From contig CBFFRP010000296.1 in NCBI GenBank assembly GCA_965644295.1, positions 124,001 to 188,000 on the forward strand: DNA of 64,000 nucleotides. The letters are read 5' to 3'. The notes beneath the pieces are model-generated. The model searched no databases. It saw only the letters and a program-made list of their open reading frames with translations, and was not told the origin of the DNA. Made by a program: the position numbers and the translations under genes. Below, piece after piece: positions 54,575 to 64,000 of the stretch. How positions within the stretch are numbered: the stretch's first letter is position 1; every line of letters begins with the position of its first letter. Origin of the DNA: Paraphysomonas bandaiensis. Taxonomy: Eukaryota > Protista > Chrysophyceae.

Positions 54575-55135
54575 ATACATACATACATACGTACATACAT
54601 ACATACATACATACATACATACATACATACATACATACATACATACATACATACATACATACATACATACATACATACATACATACGTACATACATACAT
54701 ACATACATACGTACATACATACATACATACATACATACGTACATACATACATACATACATACATACGTACATACATACATACATACATACATACATACAT
54801 ACATACATACATACATACATACATACATACATACATACATACATACGTACATACATACATACGTACATACATACATACATACATACATACATACATACAT
54901 ACATACATACATACATACATACATACATACATACATACATACATACATACATACATACATACATACATACATACATACATACATACGTACATACATACAT
55001 ACATACATACATACATACATACATACATACATACATACATACATACATACATACATACATACATACATACATACATACATACATACATACATACATACAT
55101 ACATACATACATACATACATACATACATACATACA

Positions 55136-55167
<32 letters not shown>

Positions 55168-55194
55168 CATACATACATACATACATACATACAT
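54575..55194. repeat. (CATA)n array with CGTA variant units in the divergent cyclin/syntaxin gap
   Basis: Direct reading. Confidence 0.99.
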
Positions 55195-55413
55195 CTGTAC
55201 GTGCAGTTGCTCCATGACATGGCTTTGCAATTTATTTCATCTACATAGCGAACACATAGTGAATAGCTACCCCTCTGCTTGCTGTATAGGTCGAATTCCC
55301 CTAACATTGCACTGCGTTGATACATCGTGCAAGAGAGGGTCCCGTTGCATAGACAATTTATGTTCAAAAGAGATAACAACAGCGGCTCTGATAACGACAC
55401 CGTGCCATTGATA

Positions 55414-56568
55414 ATGTCTAAGAGTGCTGGGGCTGCAGATGATCCTTTCTATGCTGTGAGAGAGTGAGGCTGATGTGTATTTTGCCGCTCATTATTGACG
55501 AGTGCTGTGCAGTAATGTTCAGACTTATGTGGACCGGATTAAGATTCGACACGAGAAGTTTCAAGACCTTGTATTTAACTCCAACACCGCTAATAATAGT
55601 GAATTTAAAGATGTTAGGAAGGGTGGGTATATTTATGTTTGTGTGGTCTCCTCTGTGGTTATATTTCTCTATAGGTTTGATAAAAGATATTCGTACAGCT
55701 GACAAACAAATTAAAGACCTCAAAGGGGCAGTTGAAATGGTATGTGTGTCAATACTGTTATGCATCTATTTGACGAAGTACAGGCCGATAGAAATCGGGA
55801 TAAGTTTCAGCATATTAGTGACTCTGAATTGGGGCAGCGCAAAAAATTTGTGGAGGAAATGAGCAAAGAGATTAGCGGTACGAGGGCAGTGCACAATGTG
55901 TATGCATTACATGTGCTGTACATGGTTCTCAGTCGAATTTTCCAGTATGATATCTTGTTTGATTACAAACTGTCTACAGATGTAAGGGCCTCTATGGAGT
56001 CCCCTTCTGTGCGTCGGAAGCTGGAAGACGATGAGAACAAAGCGAAGCGGTCTGTACATGATGAAAGTCTTGGGGCAGTGACTGGCATGGAAAGGGAGAA
56101 TACCCAATTTATTAGGGGGCAGCAACAAATGACGAAAGATATGATTGGACAGCAGGATGTGCAGTTGGATTCTCTCGGGCAGGCAGTCGACCGTCTAGGT
56201 GGCATGGGTAAAACTATCAACACCGAACTGAAAGAGCAAAACAAGCTTTTGGATGAGCTGGATAGAGATCTGGACGATGCCGGCGAGAAAATGAATTTTG
56301 TAATGGCGAAGCTTTCAAAGTTACTCAAGACCAAAGACGGGTGTCAGATATGGACCATTGTCATCCTTGCGGTGGTGCTTGTCATTCTAGGTGAGTTGAA
56401 TTGTATTGGACCCTGGTTGTTGCAGTTAGACCCCACTTCATTTTGTTACGCACCGAAACTTATATTTTGTAGTCGATATATTTGTGCCTTATGTGTTGAA
56501 CACTGATTTACTTTGGCTGTATGTTCTGATGGTCTGTGCTTGCAGTCGCCTTGACCATTTTTCTTTGA
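55414..56568 (+). CDS. STX6: Syntaxin-6/SYP61-like Qc-SNARE, about 5 introns
   Basis: DDPFYAV N-terminus, ELGQRKKFV, QQDVQLDSL..ELKEQNKLLDEL, C-terminal TM. Confidence 0.9.
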
Positions 56569-56765
56569 GAAGTGCATGCTAAGAAATTTCGTGTCTCACC
56601 GTGGAAAGCGCCTTGGTGTTATAGTGGGGAGGTTAAAAGCATTCATCGTTATTTGTGTTACAAAGAAATCTGATGGGGCGGTTGTTGTGATTTGTTTTCT
56701 TCCCAATAATAATGTTTGCATCATCTATAGCTAGAACTAGTTCTCTGTTTATCTACTACAACTAC

Positions 56766-59067
56766 CACGGCTGCGTCTCAATTAATTATCACTTGACGCA
56801 GTTGTAGTCAATTATACTTGTAATTATTACTTGCTGTCCCAATAATTGAGTTTAAATTTACTGCAATTAATTAGTACCAAACTACGTACTCAAGTAGCTA
56901 TACATTAGCTGCCAACATAGCTTACTCAACTGTAGTTTCATTCCAGAGACGACGTAAAAACATAAGTAGCTCTACATGCCAAGGAGACATTACTCCTACG
57001 CGAATGAGTAATAAGTCATAACAACATTAAGAAGTGCTCGCTTCCGATACCTGTTATCATCAATCAAACGTTGAACTAGACTTATTTATTCTTTTCCGTC
57101 CGGGTCAGTGTGAGAATTCATTGCCACTTTGAATCTTCACGCCTGCCTCTTTTCAAAAGCAGCGTTATGAATAATAGCAGCATTTTCTACCTTATGACGC
57201 TCGATAATCGGGTGCCTTGTGCCTTGATATGAGTTCGTCAAACAATGTACGAACATTATGGAGATTAAACGATGTTCACCTTTCTTCTGTATAGTTGAAA
57301 CACTTTGAAAGAATTTCAAATCGTCCCGTAGGTGCGCCAGCTTGACATGCCCCATTTCACTTGGATTAGACTTATTACCACAGAACCTAACCTGCATGTT
57401 TGCAAGTGGCCCGATAAAAGCAAATAGCGGTCAATCATGGCAAATTTTGAGCTCCACTTCGTATCTTGTTTGACTACTGCGCATAAAATATCTTTCTTAC
57501 AGGGTCTTTACTAGCATTTTTTAGAGTTTGCAGTTGTCGCCAGAAATCAGTGAACTTCTCCACTAGGCTTGAATTCCCATTAGAACTATACAGCATAACA
57601 GCCAGATTGACTTCCACACACACACATAACCAAAGAGCGGCATAGGTCTGTCAATCAAATTCCCAATGCAAATTTGGGATATCAATTTGTATATATTGTC
57701 ACCCGATATACATCAAACAACAAATTTGTAATCTCCTAAAAAGTGGATGTGATGACCAAACCTGGTGAAACCGTCAGCAGTGAAATCTATATCCGAGTCT
57801 TCAACTTCGTACTGAACACCATGATAGCAAAGTAGCCCCTCCTGAACAACTTCGGCATCGTCGGTCTATGTTGCAAAACAGCAAAGTAGTGCTCTTTGTT
57901 GCACGCCTACCCACCACCAGCAAACAGAAACGCATTGGCAACATCGTTTTTACTTGGTCTTGATCTCTAAGCCCAACACAAGGATTTCATCAGTGTTTAT
58001 TTAGAAAGAGTAGAAAACAATGTTGTTCTTCCGCGCCAATGGTTTCTCCACAAAATCAAAAAGAAGATTGTCCCATTCCGAGATCGTGCCAGTAGTAAAG
58101 TGCTGGTGTTGATTATAAACTAAAAGCAATGTATAGATTTTATTGAAACCCCGACGTATTATTTGTGTATCGGCATCCCAAACAAAGTACGACTCGCACG
58201 TTTTTTCGTGGTGTTCTAGGGGATGAGTTTTCTCCGGGAACCTAGCGTGAGCTGAATACATAAAATGGTCAGCAGATATTGTTCTGCCCACGCATAGCCT
58301 AATGCTTGTGTAGCACAAAAAGGGGCATTAACATACTATATATCTGTCACTTGCGTAGACGTCTTTGAGCCCTGACGAATAAACTTTCATCCGGGAATGG
58401 TCCCACCTATAAAGAGCATGCGCGCGGTATTGGGCTGCCTGCTGAGAACCTAAAATCTCAAAAATTCAGTTTAATAACAACTTGTCAGTATTGACTATTA
58501 GTCATTTTCACAATTAAGATTGTTAAGAGAAGTTTATTGTAATCAAACTAGTTAGACTTTTTATTATTATTAATTGCATACACAATTGTAACTTCCGCAT
58601 CTTGAATCGTCATGATACAATACTTCAGTTTCACAGTTATAGCTATATAGCATCTTTGACTACGTACTACTGTTTTTACATTGTATTTAACGTATTATAC
58701 AGTACTATCTTATATCTTAGAGAACCATACGTATTCCAACAGTCAGAGCCAAATTGATGGTATATATATTGAAAGTCTTATTATTTAGCAATAGGCGTTA
58801 AAAATCTGCACCAATGTAGTGGCTAGTTGAATGATAGACAGACTATTTAGACCTCTACCCATAACCAATCAGCACAAACCTTGTTATCCTACTATTTAGC
58901 GCTACAGAAGCTGCTTGTGCGTCGCCGCAAGCACCAAGGTGCGACCTGATGGTATATATATTGGCAATTAATTGCAATTATAATTGCAAGAGTTATAACG
59001 AAGAATTGCAATTTAATTGCTAACAAGCATTTACAATTTAATTGCAATTAATTGATACACAGCCCTG
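56766..59067 (-). mobile_element. Degenerate ~2.3 kb hAT element with nested family R pieces
   Basis: Imperfect TIRs ca(c/g)ggctg.gt.tcaattaatt; minus-strand DNLLFDFVEKPLARK and AAIIHNAAFEK; homologous to 37030-37707; no intact TSD. Confidence 0.7.
58772..58946 (-). mobile_element. 5'-truncated family R insertion with 17 bp flanking direct repeat
   Basis: TGATGGTATATATATTG at 58755-58771 and 58947-58963; inverted match to 51229-51405. Confidence 0.85.
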
Positions 59068-59359
59068 GTAATTCGGTTTTAATTTTTAATATTCCTTACA
59101 CATTACAGTAACATCACTTATAAATAAGTAAGGGGCTAGCATCTAGCTTTTTATATGAGAATAGCATTTGTGCAACTGTAGAAATAGTCAAACTACGGTA
59201 TTGTGTTCTATATTAATAAAATCAGTTCATCATCTATTCGCGGAAACTGCTACGAAAAATGTGGGCAGGCACGCCTTCGTTTAACCACCCCAAGCATTTA
59301 TTTAATAAACTTCGTCAATTTATTCACAATCTAATCTCTATCAGTCACATAATATATGA

Positions 59360-60895
59360 CTATGACAATACAGTTTCGCAAAATTGCGATAAACTAGATA
59401 CTCGTAAGTCAACATATTCTTTAAAATTTTCGAAATTCTTCACATTGTACGGTGTTTCTATTAAGCATGTTCTACAGCCAGCTCCCTTGCCACATAACAT
59501 ATCATCCACAGAGTCTCCCACAAACCACACTTTACTCGCGTCTTGGATGTCCCAGTGCTGCATGATATGTGTAGCAACTCTTGGATCGGGCTTGTTGATT
59601 CCATTTAAGCAGTCACGTGATACTACAGGGGAAAATACATCGTCATCTATTTTGGCCTTTAACGCAAAGCTCTCGTACGCTTTCAAACAATTCCTAGTTG
59701 ACACAGCTAGTCTTATTCTTTTTGCTGTAAGCTGAGAAATGAGCTCAGGCAGGTCACCTCTAACGGATGTGCGTTCACAGCCTTTCATTTCCTCATCACA
59801 AATGATATCTAGCGCTTCATCGACGGTGCATACACCTGCGAATTCCGAATTACCTTCCAGAGGCATTTCAGGGGCAACTAAAGGCAGTTCTTCATGTACT
59901 TGCTTGATTATATCTCCCTCCGGTCGACGAGTGATACCAATACGTGTATACATCGACTTGAAGTCAATTGCGCCAGGCTCAGTGAGTGTCCCATCCATAT
60001 CGAATATGACACCTTGAATATCTCCAGAAGAAAGAAATGCTCTGCTAATAGCAGGTACCTCCGGAGGGTCGAGAAAAAGTTGGACATATTTCGGAATAGA
60101 TATATCTGCGCTATTCAGAGCATGGCTCGATGAAAGGACGTGCTGCATAATGTGGGCTGTTTCTTCGAGGGCGACAGCTGGGTCGTCAGGATACTTATGC
60201 AACAAACCCGAAACAAGAGCAGAGGTAAGATCTCCACACCCCGAAAACTTTCTAGGAATTTTTAACACATCTACTCTCCATATATGGATTTGATTTGAAA
60301 GTATCATCGACAGTGTGTCTAGTTTATTCTCAGCCAATTGAAGACCTTTTATAATGCATATCTGTGCCCCAAAGTCGTGGATACGACGACAAGCTTCTGT
60401 GGCATCTTGTATAGTTGAAATTCGCATTCCTGCTAATTGCTCGGCTTCAAATTTGTTTGGAGTGGTAACTGTGGCGTGGGGAAGAATATTTGATTTGTAT
60501 ATATGCAGTAGCTCTGGTGGTACGTAATATTTATCATCATCGCCAAGAACGGGGTCACAACATATGAACACGGAGGGATTCCTCTTTTTAATGTCTATAA
60601 TAGCACCCTCCACAGTACGAAGAAGTTCAACTGATCTACAGTATCCGCTCAGCACAATATCATAATTCAGGACACTATTTTTCGCGAGGCCATCTACAAT
60701 GTCAGAGAGTTCATTGCATTTCGTTTCTCTCGACATGTATCCGCCTTTCAGATTTGGCGGATTGGACAGAGTTATCGTATTGATAGTGTCGACATCATAT
60801 CCCATGCACTGCAGTGGCAACGTGGCCATTTTATTTCCTACATATCCATGCACTGTGTAACTTTGAATACTCAAAACTTTCGGAAGAGTTGACAT
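59360..60895 (-). CDS. Pyridoxal kinase fused to a HAD-superfamily phosphatase, intronless
   Basis: VLSIQSYTVHGYVGNK, CDPVLGD, TPNKFEAEQL, FSGCGDL; then IFDMDGTL, STRN, KPDP, FVGDSVDDMLCG. Confidence 0.93.
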   Translation of the reverse strand: MSTLPKVLSIQSYTVHGYVGNKMATLPLQCMGYDVDTINTITLSNPPNLKGGYMSRETKCNELSDIVDGLAKNSVLNYDIVLSGYCRSVELLRTVEGAIIDIKKRNPSVFICCDPVLGDDDKYYVPPELLHIYKSNILPHATVTTPNKFEAEQLAGMRISTIQDATEACRRIHDFGAQICIIKGLQLAENKLDTLSMILSNQIHIWRVDVLKIPRKFSGCGDLTSALVSGLLHKYPDDPAVALEETAHIMQHVLSSSHALNSADISIPKYVQLFLDPPEVPAISRAFLSSGDIQGVIFDMDGTLTEPGAIDFKSMYTRIGITRRPEGDIIKQVHEELPLVAPEMPLEGNSEFAGVCTVDEALDIICDEEMKGCERTSVRGDLPELISQLTAKRIRLAVSTRNCLKAYESFALKAKIDDDVFSPVVSRDCLNGINKPDPRVATHIMQHWDIQDASKVWFVGDSVDDMLCGKGAGCRTCLIETPYNVKNFENFKEYVDLRVSSLSQFCETVLS

Positions 60896-61490
60896 CTTTC
60901 TTTCTAAGCTATAACAATACGGCGTTATCAGTTGATACGTATTCCTGATATGAGGTCGCATATATGGAGATATATTGATATCATTCGCTTCTACATGCTC
61001 TGTAAAGTAAACGCTGTGCTTCCTTGTCTAGGCATGCAAATCAAGCCAACGCACAAGTAAATCCTTCAATTGTCCGTATATTCGCTGTAACTGTATTTTA
61101 CACAGTATTTGACACCCTGCTCTGTGTATATGTATGTACATGTCTGTGTCTTGTGGACCCACAACCATACATACCGTATACCGGTATACCTACATCAGTG
61201 TGTGGGTATGCCACGAAATGGACGGACTGGAAGTGTTTCACACATCTAAAATCTTGTACTTTGCTGTACTCCTGTACTGTACTCCATCATTCACGAAATA
61301 TTTCGACGACGTGGAGGTACATGGAATACATATATAAGAAGCGTAGACCGTACTGCTGTACTCCGTACGACACAGCAGAGGTTAAAATTTCAAGCAGGTC
61401 TCAACTCGAATGAGTTGGTAGCACTCGGCCTCATAACGCGGTGGCCTCTTCGTTGTTTATACATCAATCAGGCACTCGTTTTGGAGTAGA

Positions 61491-64000
61491 ATGGGCCCTA
61501 CAGGGACACTCAATGGAGTGTCTGGCGCAGTGAAGAACATCATTCACTCTCATTCAAGTTCTGCGAAGTAGTTACTCGTGTCTCATATATATGATCTAAC
61601 CCCTCTACAGAGCCAATGGAGAACACTCGAGATCTTGGTCCCACTTAAACAGCCAGGAAGATGTGGAGATTGCTCAGGATATATCAATGGATAGTTCTGT
61701 TGTGCAGCATCAGGAGAATCAGGCGTGGGCTGAGATACCTGTACGTTACTTCCGCTACGTGGACAATCAAGGTGAGATAAACCCGAGGCATGAACAACCA
61801 GATGAAACTTGGTCTTGGCGTACTTTCTTATCATACGCTGGCCCTGGATTTCTTGTGGCTATCGCATATCTTGACCCAGGGAACCTCGAAGCAGATTTGC
61901 AGGTTTCACTGCATTGCGACCGCTGTCCAAATTTAATTCCTGTACTCAGGCTGGTTCTTACACCAAATATCAACTGACTTGGGTTTTGTTGGGAACATCT
62001 TTGATAGGACTAGTTATCCAGGGTATGTCGGCCCGACTTGGCATAGTAACTGGCAAGCATTTGGCCCAGCTCTGCAGGTACAACTTCCAGGACTTGCATA
62101 TACTCTGTGAATAGCATATATCATGTGTGGTATACAATATATTTTCCACTCCAATTGTACTGTCTGTGCTGAGTTGTACTTTCTGTCAATATTGTGTGGT
62201 ATATTGACAACATGGTGAGCAGACAGGAATACTCTGCCACCAAATGGGTGAGCTTGTGGGTTATGTCCGAAATATCAATCATTGCGAGCGACGTCCAGGC
62301 AGTTATCACATCTGCAGTGGCTCTCAAGATTCTGTTCGGTCTACCCCTCTGGATGGGATGCATCTTAACCGCATTCGACGCCCTTACATTTTTGTCACTT
62401 CATCTTCTGGGTATTAGAAGCTTGGAAGGGTTTTTTGTTGCCATAGTTGCGGTTATGTCGATATGCTTTTTTTACACATTTTCTTTGAACCCTCCTAGCC
62501 CTGTGGAGGTATTGCAGGGTGTTGTACCTACAATACCATCTTATGGACTCAGCACCGCAGTAGGTGTGGTAGGATCACTTATTCTACCACAGAACTACTA
62601 TGTGCACAGGTACTAGAATAAATGACGTAGTTGACCGTATTTAAGCGTGTTTCTGCGTGTGTCCTTAGTGCGGTTGTACTGAGTCGAAAGATTGACAGAA
62701 GGAATGCAGTTGAGGTATGAATATACTATATGAGCTTTTTGTGGTGGTCAGGACTGTATTAGGTCAGGGAGGCGAATAAGTATATGCTAGCGGATGCGGG
62801 AGTGGCCCTATTTGTTGCCTTCCTTCTCAATTTTGCCGTCATTAGTAACTTCGCTGAGCTTTTTTTTCATATAGGTAGAGGAATATTGTTATTGCTGATG
62901 TCCATGTATTATACGATGCAATGTCATTATCTACAGATATTTTTGACTGCCATGATATATACATGTAGATTGCGCAACAGCGTCCACGACATCGGCTTGT
63001 ATAGCTGATTCAGATGGCTTCCACCACCACCACTACGGTACCTGTACCACTCAAGATAATGTAAGTTGTTCAATGGGTAGCAAGGAAGAGATAGGTTATA
63101 TGCAGCATTGTTGTACGGCTGTAGTACTTATGTGTGTTTCGTCACTCTACGATGTTTTCTCACGTACGCTTAGGAACAAGGATTTTGTCAACATATCGGC
63201 CTCAGTGATGCAGACGCTGCCCTTGAGCACGTATTGGGACATACAGCTGGGTACGTATGGGCACTTGGGCTATTGGCCTCTGGACAGAGCTCTACAATGA
63301 CTATAACATATGCGGGACAGTTTATAAATGAAGGATTCGGAGAGGTACTATCCTATTTGTGTTTATAATACTCGACTGTAGTTTTACCAAGCTCGTGCTA
63401 CATGTACTGATGTGTACCCCGTATATTCCATCGTTTTATGTTTTATTCTCGTGCAGTTCCATATTCCTCTTTATCAAAGGATATCTCTGTGTCGTTTGGT
63501 TGCGTTGATACCCTCTGTTATTGCTGCTGTTCTTGAGGCCACTTATCCCTCGTCTATGGATGATGCAACGCAAGTGGGAAACATCATTGCCTCTATTTGT
63601 GTCCCGTTCGCTATTCTTCCTATGCTTAAGTTCTGTACATCTACGCGTTTGATGGGGGTGAGTGCTGAACTTGTATTGTGCTTCGATGTTTGTAAATTGA
63701 AAATACTTAAATTTATCGAGCTACAACTGCTGTTCACCAAGCACATGCAGAAACATTGCGCCACATATGAATAACCAACTCTTCTCACGTAGGAACACAC
63801 AATGAGTGTCTGGAGTGTGTATCTGGTGTCTGCGGTGACAATATTTCTGATCATATTAAATTGCGGACTCTTCTTTGAGTACATCATCGCTCTCAAGTAA
63901 ATACGCAACTATCGTTTCATTGGCATATTTAACGATGTCTCCCGCAGGTTTCTACCAGTATTTTTAACTACATTCTTATCATGTCTAGCTTCGGTGGGAT
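61491..64000 (+). CDS. NRAMP/SLC11 transporter, multi-exon, runs off the window; start approximate
   Basis: [61 protein letters not shown]. Confidence 0.93.

Noticed and set aside
2055-55400. Long MYVC/HTYI-repeat ORFs
   Set aside because: (ATAC)n has no stop codon in any frame, so these are translation artefacts of the microsatellites
58365-58400. CTGACGA as a hammerhead ribozyme core in family R
   Set aside because: No stem II-GAAA-stem III arrangement, and the core is not kept in the 13065 or 42685 copies
1-64000. tRNA/rRNA genes and a prokaryotic operon
   Set aside because: None recognised; the bacterial-like genes are dispersed among intron-containing genes

Overview
Eukaryotic, gene-dense nuclear DNA with short GT-AG introns (mostly about 45-180 nt). 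A stramenopile/ochrophyte-type protist is my guess from gene content only. About 21 protein genes: TMEM43-like, iodotyrosine deiodinase, an intronless Crinkler-type NTPase+nuclease, MUB/UBL3, UTP4, two EF-hand proteins, a CruF-like carotenoid hydratase, a single-chain BC-BCCP-CT acyl-CoA carboxylase, cryptochrome DASH, GT61, FUN14, oligopeptidase A, a TPK channel, a cyclin-like protein, syntaxin-6, a pyridoxal kinase-HAD fusion, a partial NRAMP and three orphans. 16 of the 21 genes form head-to-head pairs. All five long (ATAC)n arrays lie about 60-320 bp upstream of start codons, four of them filling divergent gaps, and array-less upstream regions show the same purine-pyrimidine-alternating TAC/GTA-rich composition. 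Tail-to-tail gaps are AT-rich and hold hAT elements, MITEs and a 5'-truncated retroelement-like family. Best leads: the microsatellite/RY promoter architecture, the PdxK-HAD kinase/phosphatase fusion, an NRAMP lacking the metal-selectivity Met and two proton-pathway residues, and the header-less NTPase-nuclease. Exon boundaries were read by eye and are approximate.
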